Shown: piece after piece, positions 27,679-36,695 of the stretch
How positions within the stretch are numbered: the stretch's first letter is position 1
Layout of the letters: the number at the start of each line of letters is the position of its first letter
From: a phage
Direction: 5' to 3' (one strand)
Length of the DNA: 64,000 nt
NCBI GenBank assembly: GCA_012490745.1
Contig: GCA_012490745.1_3925.1
Position numbers and translations under genes: made by a program
Notes under the pieces: model-generated
What the model was told of the DNA's origin: nothing
Databases searched by the model: none
What the model saw: the letters and a program-made list of their open reading frames with translations, nothing else

Positions 27679-27927
27679 ATGATGAACTACTTTAACATTC
27701 CCGATACCTGTAGATTATTGACACAAGAAGAAAATTTGGGTAAACCTTTCATTTACCACATGCCAGATAACACGGCAAAAACTTATAGTTACAATGTTAA
27801 CCGTTTCACCGCATACGCTGCAAAGAACGGCTATAGGTTGGTTACTCAAAAAGTAATGCTGGTTACAACTGCTGGCGAGATTCCTACAGTTGCAGTCAAA
27901 CTAGTTTTCTCAAAGAAAGTTAAATAA
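27679..27927 (+). CDS. hypothetical small protein (cassette-linked)
   Basis: 82 aa. Confidence 0.5.
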   Translation: MMNYFNIPDTCRLLTQEENLGKPFIYHMPDNTAKTYSYNVNRFTAYAAKNGYRLVTQKVMLVTTAGEIPTVAVKLVFSKKVK

Positions 27928-28012
27928 AGTACTTTACAAGGGGCTTATAGTTCGATAAAGTAAGCCCCAGATAAAGAGCTTTACTACTCAATCCTAAACT
28001 GGAGATTCAAAA
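27928..28012 (+). promoter_or_regulatory. cassette B5
   Basis: Hairpin 27940-27968; same as B1/B3. Confidence 0.5.
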
Positions 28013-28555
28013 ATGAAATGTTATCACGGAACTACTCAAGAAAATTTCCTCAACCTGATTAATAACGGTGATAAACCATCAGGCGCATGGAATTGTTCGG
28101 ATATGGACGGCAATTTTTACGTGTATCCAGAAAATAAAATCTATGGCGACGATGATGAAGAGATAACATCGGAGGGCATTCAGCAAGCTCTAGGGAACGC
28201 CACTATTACGGCGGCCTTCCAGATGAAAACCCAAAATATTGTTATCTTAGAACTCGATATTCCAGATGATGAGCTAAATGATGATTATTCTTGTGATAAT
28301 ATGTCGAGTGTAGCAAGTTTTACAGAGTACTTTGATGTAAACTGGATTAAAAAGGTCTATACAACAGAGTTTAACGCTATGTATTCGCCTTTTTGTCTTC
28401 CTTCACTGGATAACCCAAATATGAACTATCTTGATGAGACATTAGAACTACTTGCTAAAAGTGTTCAACAGTCGGACAGTATTCAGGTTTTTTGTGACAT
28501 CATGGATACACTGACAGGAAACATCGCAGAAGAGGATTTAAAGAGCTTTTTCTAA
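28013..28555 (+). CDS. hypothetical highly acidic protein (cassette-linked)
   Basis: 180 aa; D/E-rich stretches (DDDEEITSEG, DIPDDELNDDY). Confidence 0.55.
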   Translation: MKCYHGTTQENFLNLINNGDKPSGAWNCSDMDGNFYVYPENKIYGDDDEEITSEGIQQALGNATITAAFQMKTQNIVILELDIPDDELNDDYSCDNMSSVASFTEYFDVNWIKKVYTTEFNAMYSPFCLPSLDNPNMNYLDETLELLAKSVQQSDSIQVFCDIMDTLTGNIAEEDLKSFF

Positions 28556-28587
28556 AAACCTATGCAATCACCTTATAAACACTATTT

Positions 28588-28607
28588 AGCCCCTTACAGG
28601 GGCTTTT
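28588..28607 (+). terminator. rho-independent terminator (AGCCCCT-TAC-AGGGGCT + TTTT)
   Basis: Perfect 7-bp stem then T-run; followed by SD GGGAGG and ATG 28622. Confidence 0.6.
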
Positions 28608-28621
28608 GGGAGGCTTAAATC

Positions 28622-28855
28622 ATGCTTACAACCGTTTACCTCATCCTTTCTATTTGTAACGGTCATTCATGCGATTTTAAAGGGCTTGAAGAGTTTACAG
28701 GAAGTAAAGAAAATGCTATTCAAGTTTGCCAGATAGCAAGACAAGACTATCCCGCTAGTGATGATATACAATGTTACTTTAAGACAGAAGATGAAGACGG
28801 TATCTATTTTGACAGCGTAGATGGTCAGTATGAAATTATCATTGAAAAAGACTAG
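28622..28855 (+). CDS. hypothetical small protein
   Basis: 77 aa; SD GGGAGG 8 nt upstream. Confidence 0.45.
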   Translation: MLTTVYLILSICNGHSCDFKGLEEFTGSKENAIQVCQIARQDYPASDDIQCYFKTEDEDGIYFDSVDGQYEIIIEKD

Positions 28856-28869
28856 ACAAGCCTGATAAA

Positions 28870-28946
28870 AATCTGTAAATTGTCAATCAACGGGGAGGGA
28901 ATGACCTTCCCCACTAAGTACAATCCTTAAACTAGGAGATTCAAAA
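28870..28946 (+). promoter_or_regulatory. cassette A4: (TAGACA-17-TAAATT) + hairpin + SD
   Basis: Hairpin 28892-28912 GGGGAGGGAATGACCTTCCCC. Confidence 0.5.
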
Positions 28947-29288
28947 ATGGCTTATGTAACCGTAATTACCGATAAAGAAAATTCATCTTGGTCAACTCAA
29001 GTAAGTGATAAGATGTCACCTATGCAGTGCCTAAAATACTTTGAGCAGTGGAACAAAGGCGAGGATGTCAGCCCCTTTCAAGTGATGCAAATCATCCATA
29101 CAGATAACGAAGGGAATAAAACGGTTTTAAATAGTGAGTACTACGCAAGCCGTTTTGAAACTAGAAGTAAAACAATGAAGCTTTTACGTGAATCCGGTTA
29201 TGCCCATATCGCCGCGCTAATCTGGGATGACCTGCTAAAAAGACAGCGTATCAGCTATGTAAAACCTGAAAAAATATTCATCAGTTAA
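28947..29288 (+). CDS. hypothetical protein (cassette-linked)
   Basis: 113 aa. Confidence 0.5.
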   Translation: MAYVTVITDKENSSWSTQVSDKMSPMQCLKYFEQWNKGEDVSPFQVMQIIHTDNEGNKTVLNSEYYASRFETRSKTMKLLRESGYAHIAALIWDDLLKRQRISYVKPEKIFIS

Positions 29289-29410
29289 TCAATAACTTAC
29301 AAAAAACTTTTAAAAAAGTGTTGACAATACCCATTGACATTGGTAACTTTGTTCGAGGGGGTTATCTAAAAGGGATTCACTTAAAAGATTCTTTATAGAT
29401 AAGCTTAAAA

Positions 29411-29507
29411 AATTGCTTGCAATCAGCTATCAAAACAAGTAAATTACTAATCAACGGGAGGGATGACCTCCCCACTAAATAAAAATCCTTAAACTAGGAG
29501 AGTCAAA
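29411..29507 (+). promoter_or_regulatory. cassette A5: TTGCAA-17-TAAATT + hairpin GGGAGG-GATGA-CCTCCC + SD
   Basis: Hairpin 29456-29473; conserved TAAATTACTAATCAACGGG and leader. Confidence 0.55.
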
Positions 29508-30038
29508 ATGAACAAGTTTAAAGCTATCAACTTCATTCGTTCAAATGCTGTAATGTCTAAGCCTGTAAAAGATACATATGAATTCCGTTGTAATGGGGTA
29601 CATTTCGCAACAATCACCAAATCAGAAAACGGGGCTTATTACGTTCATCGTCGTAATGTCTCAACCGTTGTAGTCTCTCACTTTATGCAAGCTGTAGCGG
29701 AATTATTACCGTTATTCTTAGAGATTTATCTAGATGAGTGTAAAAACGTTCACAACCACGTTAAAAACCTTTTAAACGGTTATAAAATGGCTTATGAACG
29801 TTCTATCAAGTCACTAAACAAGTTTTACAATGCACCTGCAAATACTGTTTCAATGGCTTATGATGTAAACGGTGAGTTAGTTAGTCTCTTTAAAGTGGAA
29901 GAAATTAAACTGTATAATTTACGTCCTAGTGGTTACTCTAAGACTCTTGGTGAAGGTTTAACGTTCAATATCAAGAACTTAGAAAAAACTTTAAAAGATA
30001 TTGAAAAAGATATTGACGAGACAATCAAAAGTCTGTAA
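29508..30038 (+). CDS. hypothetical protein (cassette-linked)
   Basis: 176 aa. Confidence 0.5.
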   Translation: MNKFKAINFIRSNAVMSKPVKDTYEFRCNGVHFATITKSENGAYYVHRRNVSTVVVSHFMQAVAELLPLFLEIYLDECKNVHNHVKNLLNGYKMAYERSIKSLNKFYNAPANTVSMAYDVNGELVSLFKVEEIKLYNLRPSGYSKTLGEGLTFNIKNLEKTLKDIEKDIDETIKSL

Positions 30039-30103
30039 ATTACTAATCAACGGGAGGCGATAACCTCCCCACTAAATAAAACCCTTAAACTAGGAGATTC
30101 AAG
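30013..30103 (+). promoter_or_regulatory. cassette A6: TTGACG-17-TAAATT (promoter overlaps 3' end of upstream gene) + hairpin + SD
   Basis: Hairpin 30052-30070 GGGAGG-CGATAA-CCTCCC. Confidence 0.55.
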
Positions 30104-30367
30104 ATGGAAAACGTAGAATTAACCACACTTTTACAAATTGCAACCGACAAAGAAGATGTAGCATTATTTCACCGTATTGAAAGTGATTTGTTCAATGGTG
30201 AAATCATCAAAGAATCTTACGAAGTTGTCGGATTCAAAGATGGTAAAGCGTTTGGCTTTTTTGACCTCGATAAAGGCAACGCTGTTACAAAATATGATGT
30301 TTTATCTTGTGAGATTCTTACAAAATACAACGAAAAAAGGCTTGCAACATACGCCAATATGCAGTAA
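30104..30367 (+). CDS. hypothetical protein (cassette-linked)
   Basis: 87 aa. Confidence 0.5.
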   Translation: MENVELTTLLQIATDKEDVALFHRIESDLFNGEIIKESYEVVGFKDGKAFGFFDLDKGNAVTKYDVLSCEILTKYNEKRLATYANMQ

Positions 30368-30432
30368 ATTACTAATCAACGGGAGGGATGACCTCCCCAC
30401 TAAATAAAACCCTTAAACTAGGAGATTCAAAA
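30333..30432 (+). promoter_or_regulatory. cassette A7: TTGCAA-17-TAAATT + hairpin + SD
   Basis: Hairpin 30381-30398; leader to ATG 30433. Confidence 0.55.
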
Positions 30433-30681
30433 ATGGCAACTATCCGCGCTACTGTTAACGAGTTCGGTTTTTCCTCTCTGGATGTTAAATTTGACATTGC
30501 AGGCACTGATAACGCCTTTGAAATGGTGAAATGTCTTATCAGTCAGACCATCAAAGACTATAATCCTTCGGATGAGTTCTGGGAGGAAACAAAACAAGAA
30601 GTTCTCAAGGATGGTTATACTTATCACTATTGGGGAGAAAAAATCGTCTCCCTGTACTACAACAAACAAGATTATAACTAA
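30433..30681 (+). CDS. hypothetical protein (cassette-linked)
   Basis: 82 aa from ATG 30433 (the track start 30388 lies inside the cassette). Confidence 0.5.
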   Translation: MATIRATVNEFGFSSLDVKFDIAGTDNAFEMVKCLISQTIKDYNPSDEFWEETKQEVLKDGYTYHYWGEKIVSLYYNKQDYN

Positions 30682-30719
30682 TCGACGCAGCGGGGCTATT
30701 TAGCCCCAGATACCCTAAC

Positions 30720-30745
30720 AGCCCCTATTTAAAGGGGCTTTTTTA
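30720..30745 (+). terminator. rho-independent terminator (AGCCCCT-ATTTAA-AGGGGCT + T6)
   Basis: Perfect 7-bp stem and TTTTTT; preceded by a second hairpin GGGGCTATTTAGCCCC (30692-30707). Confidence 0.7.
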
Positions 30746-30749
30746 CGTC

Positions 30750-32340
30750 TATCGAATCCTTATACAATCCCTTTCCCTCACCTTTCCAGAATCTTATCAG
30801 ACCTTAAAAGCAATAACTCTATAGTCTACTCTATAACCTCTTATCAAATCAACTTAAATATAAGCCCATAACCCGAAAGGGAAGGGCAACCCCTTAAACG
30901 CTCTATAACGCCCTATAACAGCCTTATCAACCTAACTTAAGGGGTTGCATTAACTCACCCTAAAAAGCCCTTCCTAGAGCTTCCTAGAACCTTAAAAGAA
31001 TCTTATAAGGGTGTAAGCTTTATTATCTCGTTAGCTATCTTGTGAACTACTAAACAAGCCCCTTGATAGTAACTGAAAAGTATGTTATAGGGGCTATAAA
31101 GTTACTTCAAAGTTGCTTAAAAGTTACGTAAATGCTAGCCCCCTTAACATTTTCTTAACAATTTCTTAACAAACCCTACATAGTTATGCTTTTAAGGCAC
31201 TTGTTAGCAACTTGTTAGCCCCTTGTTAAATCTCTGTCAAGACCACGTAAAAGCCTTGTAAGAACCTTTGACATAGTCTTTAAAGCCCCTGTAAAGCCCT
31301 ATAAAGAGGTATCTGTACAGTTGGGGTGTAATTACTAGGAAGAGGCTTAAAAGAGCTTACAAGGGGCTATAGAGAGCTTTTAAGAGGGCTATTTAGAGAA
31401 TCACTAAGAAAGAGAGGGAACGATAAGAAAAGAGATAGTGACCATGTTAATAGCTTGTTAAAAAGATTAAACACTTGTTAGAAACTTGTTAATTATCTTA
31501 ACAAAATAACTCTTAAAAATTAACTTGTTAGCTCTTGTTAGTCATCTGTTAAGACTCTGTAAAGACCATGTATCGTCTGTTAAGAAACTGTTAAGCCCTT
31601 GTTAGTTATGTTAAGAATCTGTTAAGACCTCTGAAGAGATGTTAAGAGATTGAGAGAGTTGTTAAGAGATTGTTAAGGATATTTTAAAATTCTGCAAAGT
31701 ACTTGTAAGGGAGCTGTTAAGGGCTACCAAGCAGATATACATCTTCTACAGATATTTTTCAGTTCCTTCAAAGACCCTAAAAAATGACTTGATAGTCCTA
31801 TTTTATAAAAATTTTAAAAATCTGAATAATTACCTATACAGTCTTTCTAAAATACAGGTAATAACAGGCTTATAAGATACCTTGTTAGTACCGTGTTAGA
31901 CCTTGTGAGATAAGGTCTGTAAAGATATTCCTGTTAAGTTTGTTAAAACAGTCTATATAGAGGCTTAGTAGCACCTAGTGAACACCTATAGAGAGTATCA
32001 TAGCTGACATAATGGGTTACTGTTAAGTAACACAGATAACCTAGAGATTAAGAGGTGTATAGGAGCTTCTAAGAGAGTGTAGAGAGATGGTTAAGGTGAT
32101 TGTATAGGTTGTTAAGAAGGCTTGTTAGAAGAGTGTTTAGAGGGCTATTTAGAAGGGCTATACAGAGGGCTATTAAGACCACTAGATAGTTACTAAGATA
32201 CTATATAGTACTATATAACTATATAGAGAGTAAGATTAAGAAGGTTGTTAAGAAGGGTAGATATTTTATTCACATATGATGGTGACCCAGAGGTTGGGAC
32301 AACCGATAAAATTTTACTCAATAAAAAGCCCCCGATTAAG
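30750..32340. repeat. 1.6-kb ORF-free region densely packed with short degenerate repeats
   Basis: No ORF of 60 aa or more on either strand. Repeated words: CTTGTTAG / CTGTTAAG / TTGTTAAGA (over 20 copies, both orientations), GGGCTAT(T/A)NAG, CTATATAG / CTATAAC, CCTTAAAAG. Confidence 0.7.
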
Positions 32341-32357
32341 GAGGCTCTTAAGATATT

Positions 32358-32981
32358 TTAAATCAGTGTTTCCAGAACTGTTTTTAGGGATGACTTGGTT
32401 GTCTGATAAAAATGAGTGAATCCGTTGTTGTTATCGAATATCTGCATCATGATATCATCTCCCTTGATTGGGTACACTCGGATATCATAGTGAAAACCAT
32501 TAAAGACACAAGAACCACTACAGAATGCACTAAAGTCAGCCACTGAGATATACTCTTCATGTCCTGTGATTTTTATACAAACACCTTTACTCGGTCTCTT
32601 AGGGTTGATATCTTCCATCACAGACATACTCTGTCCACCAAGAGATACCATAGTGACCACTTTACGGTTCTTCTGTTTAAAGTACATCTTAACTTTCTGC
32701 AAAGTGTCTTCATAGAATGGATAAGACCTTTCTACAAAGATTCCTTCAAGTGGCTCTTTACCATTTTCAACTTCTCGGTTATGCCGTACTGCAAAGATAA
32801 TTTGTTCGAACCAGTCAAGATTTTCTTCGGAGAGTGCTTCCCGAACATCCTTCCAGTCAAGTACTAAGTAGTTACCTTCAACTTCTTTTAAGTTATCTTT
32901 TTCCATATCTATCACACCATTATCGTAAAACTTGATATTCTGGTACTGCGAATTTATTACTATTGTTCTTGATGAGGTCAT
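32358..32981 (-). CDS. hypothetical protein
   Basis: 207-aa ORF; start may be an internal Met (overlaps next gene). Confidence 0.4.
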   Translation of the reverse strand: MTSSRTIVINSQYQNIKFYDNGVIDMEKDNLKEVEGNYLVLDWKDVREALSEENLDWFEQIIFAVRHNREVENGKEPLEGIFVERSYPFYEDTLQKVKMYFKQKNRKVVTMVSLGGQSMSVMEDINPKRPSKGVCIKITGHEEYISVADFSAFCSGSCVFNGFHYDIRVYPIKGDDIMMQIFDNNNGFTHFYQTTKSSLKTVLETLI

Positions 32982-33384
32982 CCTCTGAAACTAAAAATGT
33001 AATACCACATAAGTGTCTGTAACGACTATCATACTCGAATATCTTAAACAGATATTTACCATCATGATAAACCTGTTGCACTTCACCTTCTGCAACAATC
33101 TCGCCTGTAATAAAATTTTTTAGTTTATATACATTACCAACTTTAGGTACTGTTTTCATCTCAGGCTCTTTTAGTGCTACACCTATTTTTGCATCACCGA
33201 GTAAATGAGAACTCTCAAAAGCTACGTGTTTCATATAAGCTTCTGAGCATTCCCAAATAAAACAGTGTACAAGAACCTTAGCAGCATGTCTTGAGCAGTT
33301 CAACTTATCACAAATTTCTGTGTACATCTCATCTTTAGTAGAATTGTCAAGCATTGCTCTTTGCACTACTTCTTTAATTTTCAT
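32920..33384 (-). CDS. hypothetical protein
   Basis: 154-aa ORF. Confidence 0.4.
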   Translation of the reverse strand: MKIKEVVQRAMLDNSTKDEMYTEICDKLNCSRHAAKVLVHCFIWECSEAYMKHVAFESSHLLGDAKIGVALKEPEMKTVPKVGNVYKLKNFITGEIVAEGEVQQVYHDGKYLFKIFEYDSRYRHLCGITFLVSEDDLIKNNSNKFAVPEYQVLR

Positions 33385-33796
33385 AAGCTCTCCGAATAAC
33401 CCTATTAAGCATCTCTAAAGTCAGCTTTCCAGATTCTAAATGCGGCATAACAAGCTTTAAAGCTTTTTCAACATCATGCACAATATCAATTATACCTTCT
33501 TCATAGGCTTCTACGAGGATATCTTTTACACCGATATAGCCTTCATTGATAAGGATTTGCATATCAAAATCTTCTGATTGCTTGTTTAACTTACCTCTCC
33601 AATACCCATCAGCATTAAAAGATATCACTTCACATTCTTTAAAATCCATATCATCTGCGTTGAATGGAGTAATTATTGTGCATTGGATTGGATACTCTAC
33701 ACCAGTGTCGTCAACATCAAAGACCTTCACAGAAGTAAGTGGTTTCTTTGTTTTAGAGCAGTAAACTGTCAATCTTTTACCAATAAGCTCTTTCAT
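33374..33796 (-). CDS. hypothetical protein
   Basis: 140-aa ORF. Confidence 0.4.
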   Translation of the reverse strand: MKELIGKRLTVYCSKTKKPLTSVKVFDVDDTGVEYPIQCTIITPFNADDMDFKECEVISFNADGYWRGKLNKQSEDFDMQILINEGYIGVKDILVEAYEEGIIDIVHDVEKALKLVMPHLESGKLTLEMLNRVIRRAYEN

Positions 33797-33849
33797 TTCG
33801 CTACCTTCTAAGTTCCTACAAAGGGGCTATCAAGTAACCCCTCAAGCTA

Positions 33850-34074
33850 TTACTCAGACTTTTCAGTCTTCTTATCGGATTTCTTGCTAGTCTTCTTCTC
33901 AGCTTTCTGTTCAGGCTCCTTCTCAGAAGTTGCCTTAATAACCATATCAAGAAGCTCTGATAAGTCACTCTTCAGCAAAGTAACAGGTTGCTCGTTGTAG
34001 AAGTTTTTGTCAAGATAAACTTTGAACTCTTCAATAGATGGAAATCCAAAAATTGGTACAGGTGTCTTAATCAT
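33850..34074 (-). CDS. hypothetical small protein with K/E-rich tail
   Basis: 74-aa ORF. Confidence 0.35.
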   Translation of the reverse strand: MIKTPVPIFGFPSIEEFKVYLDKNFYNEQPVTLLKSDLSELLDMVIKATSEKEPEQKAEKKTSKKSDKKTEKSE

Positions 34075-34150
34075 TACTTAGTTTCTCCATAGGCATCTTT
34101 TAAGATTGCCTTGTTAATCATTTCAGCGATTGCAAAACGAACACATACAG

Positions 34151-34684
34151 CTATAATTGTAGGTTGCATTCTTTACTTACCTCTTCAAGTTTAACTTCAG
34201 AGTCCTTAAGTCGTTTCTTATGAACTATGAATCTTAGTAGTGAGATTATGATACCAGCTAAAGGAACAGCATACAAGTACCAAACATCATATACCTTTGC
34301 AGTAATCTGTGTAATAGTCAAGTCTTGAGCTATGTAGCTGATTGCTGATACGGCTAGTAATGTTGCTAAGAAGAAAACCAGTATCATAGCAATATTCAGA
34401 CAACCTCTGGCATGGTATTCATGCTTAATGCACTTATTCTTCTCTTCAACAACACTGTTGTAGTCATTTGTAAAGTCTCTGTAGAAAGCTTTTAAGTATT
34501 CTTGAGTGTAGCCTTCAAAGCAACCTGTACCGTACCAATAATCACCACCAAAATGTGCTATGATACCAGTATCCCCATTTGGTTTGGTTACTCTTAGTGA
34601 AGTATGATGACCAGTCTTCTGATAATCTATCTTGTATCTTTCTTCGTAAATCATTTCCCAACCCCTCTCAATCGTTTGTTCCAC
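34151..34684 (-). CDS. hypothetical membrane protein
   Basis: 177 aa; two C-terminal hydrophobic helices. Confidence 0.4.
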   Translation of the reverse strand: MEQTIERGWEMIYEERYKIDYQKTGHHTSLRVTKPNGDTGIIAHFGGDYWYGTGCFEGYTQEYLKAFYRDFTNDYNSVVEEKNKCIKHEYHARGCLNIAMILVFFLATLLAVSAISYIAQDLTITQITAKVYDVWYLYAVPLAGIIISLLRFIVHKKRLKDSEVKLEEVSKECNLQL

Positions 34685-34869
34685 TCAAGGTCAACAAGTC
34701 TTTGCAGGACTTTCCCTCTAGGTGTTACACCTTTTAAATCTGCATCGTAGCAACGGTAAAAGTCACCTTCAGCGTGTTTACCGTAGCATTTTCTGATATT
34801 CTGGCTCCTACGATACTGCTCTAACAGGGACAGTTTGTAGTAGTCTTCAACTGTAGTTAGTTTTTTCAT
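34651..34869 (-). CDS. hypothetical small protein
   Basis: 72-aa ORF. Confidence 0.35.
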   Translation of the reverse strand: MKKLTTVEDYYKLSLLEQYRRSQNIRKCYGKHAEGDFYRCYDADLKGVTPRGKVLQRLVDLEWNKRLRGVGK

Positions 34870-35411
34870 TCTTTCACCATAGCGTTTCTGAACTGGCGTT
34901 GTGTTTCTCTTGTAATTTCGTTTGGAGTAAAACCAGCTTTTAGCATATCTCTGAAAAGAACTTCTAAATGGTTCCTCTCAATGATGTAAATAGCATTCTG
35001 AATAGCTGTTTTGCGCTCCTTCAGGTCACTACTAATCTCTTCGCACTTACTGGTAAGTTCTGTATCAACTTTCTTATAGACTGGCATAACATGTGCGTAG
35101 CAACCTTTATTAGTCTCCATGAAAAATTTAAAAGATTCTTCAGAGTCCTTTAGAGCAATCCCTATAAAGTTTTTGTAAGCACCTGTGAAAGATAAGGAAT
35201 CAATCTCAGCAGTTGAGTATACAGTCCCTGCACACAGTCTTGCAGAAGTACTGAATGTGTGGTTTGGTGTTGTGTCAAAGTCTAAGTTCTTCAGTGGTCG
35301 GAAATAAACTGTACCATTGTGTGAGATGTGTGTTACAACAGCCTCAACACTCTTTGAAGGGTTCTGTTTAACATACAAAATAATTTTATCGTGCTCTTTC
35401 ACTTTAGCCAT
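34866..35411 (-). CDS. hypothetical protein
   Basis: 181-aa ORF. Confidence 0.4.
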   Translation of the reverse strand: MAKVKEHDKIILYVKQNPSKSVEAVVTHISHNGTVYFRPLKNLDFDTTPNHTFSTSARLCAGTVYSTAEIDSLSFTGAYKNFIGIALKDSEESFKFFMETNKGCYAHVMPVYKKVDTELTSKCEEISSDLKERKTAIQNAIYIIERNHLEVLFRDMLKAGFTPNEITRETQRQFRNAMVKE

Positions 35412-35483
35412 AACTATTCTCCAGAAACTAAAAAGGGAACTACCTCTCGATAGCTCCCATCATAGTCAATATTGTATACTCGG

Positions 35484-36065
35484 TCAAGAGTATTTTTTAG
35501 GCAGTAATGCACTGCGCTTGTTACTCTCTTCACTCAATAGTGCAATGAAATCATCACTTTTACCTTTCCACGGGCTGAATGAAGGGATATGCTCACGAAT
35601 GGCTTCAATCACCGTTTTCAGTGCTGTATTTTTCATCCACCAATCAGAATCTGCTGATGCTACCACGTAGTATCCACCGTCATCAGTTAAAATTGGCTCT
35701 GAAATACATGGTGAAATCAAAGTGGTGATGATTGAACCGTTGTTCATGTAGTATGTGCGCTTCATAACCTTTTCAAGAAGCTTGTGAAGGTCACCAAACA
35801 GTGTTACAAGCTCTTTGTGGTCAATGTCTTTTTCGAGATTTGCACGATACTTCAACAAAGCTGCATCAACTTCTCTGTCATTGAACTTGAAGTACTGAAC
35901 TTCATCAACAAGGCAAACACTGATATTGTTGACATTCATAGTCAACTTACAAACTTTTGCGGGAGAGTTAATACTTGGCTGAAAAAGTGCAATACACCCT
36001 TCAATGTTTCCAAAATGTTGTACTAATGTCACTTGTGGAGTGATACTTTGTTGCTCTTCGGACAT
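35484..36065 (-). CDS. hypothetical protein
   Basis: 193-aa ORF. Confidence 0.4.
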   Translation of the reverse strand: MSEEQQSITPQVTLVQHFGNIEGCIALFQPSINSPAKVCKLTMNVNNISVCLVDEVQYFKFNDREVDAALLKYRANLEKDIDHKELVTLFGDLHKLLEKVMKRTYYMNNGSIITTLISPCISEPILTDDGGYYVVASADSDWWMKNTALKTVIEAIREHIPSFSPWKGKSDDFIALLSEESNKRSALLPKKYS

Positions 36066-36409
36066 TACAGTTTCCTCATTAAATACTTTTTAAGTTGTGT
36101 GTTAGGTTTCTCAAAAACTTCTACAGAAGATATCTTGACAGCTTCACCACGCATACCTGTATGTTTGAATATATAGTACTCTAACATCCCTATATACTTT
36201 GCTGGTAAGTCATGTTTGACATACACTGTTATAGAATCTTCAAATTCAACAACCTTTGTACCATCTTTGTAGTTGAACTCTTTAGGATGGTTGTAGTTGT
36301 CAATATCGTACATTAAAAATAGTCTTTTCCGTTGAATGTCAAGCTTGTTGGTTAGAGACTCTTTGATATCTGAGAAGTTTTTGTAGACTACGACATGGAG
36401 CTTACTCAT
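36065..36409 (-). CDS. hypothetical protein
   Basis: 114-aa ORF, coupled stop/start. Confidence 0.4.
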   Translation of the reverse strand: MSKLHVVVYKNFSDIKESLTNKLDIQRKRLFLMYDIDNYNHPKEFNYKDGTKVVEFEDSITVYVKHDLPAKYIGMLEYYIFKHTGMRGEAVKISSVEVFEKPNTQLKKYLMRKL

Positions 36410-36695
36410 CGTTAAACTCTCTGACGAAGAAATAGTTGACTTTGTTGTTACCTACCATAAGGTCAAAGCAGGTATTCTCAAAAGGTTTGTTGTAGGCATC
36501 ATATGAAGTGTATGTATCAGCTACTTGCTTAGTAGTGAGCTTTTTACTTGATGGATTTAAGAGGCCACCATACAGTTTCTTGATAGCCTCTTCTACAACA
36601 GACCAGATAATTTCGTCAGTAATTTCTTCGTACAGGTCAAGTTCACGCTCTAGTGAGAAGTCACAAATAGGGAAAATAACCTGTACTTTACTCAT
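36402..36695 (-). CDS. hypothetical protein
   Basis: 97-aa ORF. Confidence 0.4.
   Translation of the reverse strand: MSKVQVIFPICDFSLERELDLYEEITDEIIWSVVEEAIKKLYGGLLNPSSKKLTTKQVADTYTSYDAYNKPFENTCFDLMVGNNKVNYFFVREFNDE

Noticed and set aside
24684-30398. Cassette hairpins interpreted as rho-independent terminators
   Set aside because: None is followed by a U-tract; each is immediately followed by a conserved SD and start codon and preceded by promoter hexamers, so they are better explained as leader or promoter-associated structures.
24288-32340. Possible CRISPR array in the repeat-rich regions (24.3-24.5 kb and 30.75-32.3 kb)
   Set aside because: Repeats are short (7-20 bp), degenerate, irregularly spaced and occur in both orientations; there are no uniform 28-37 bp direct repeats with unique spacers and no cas genes in the window.
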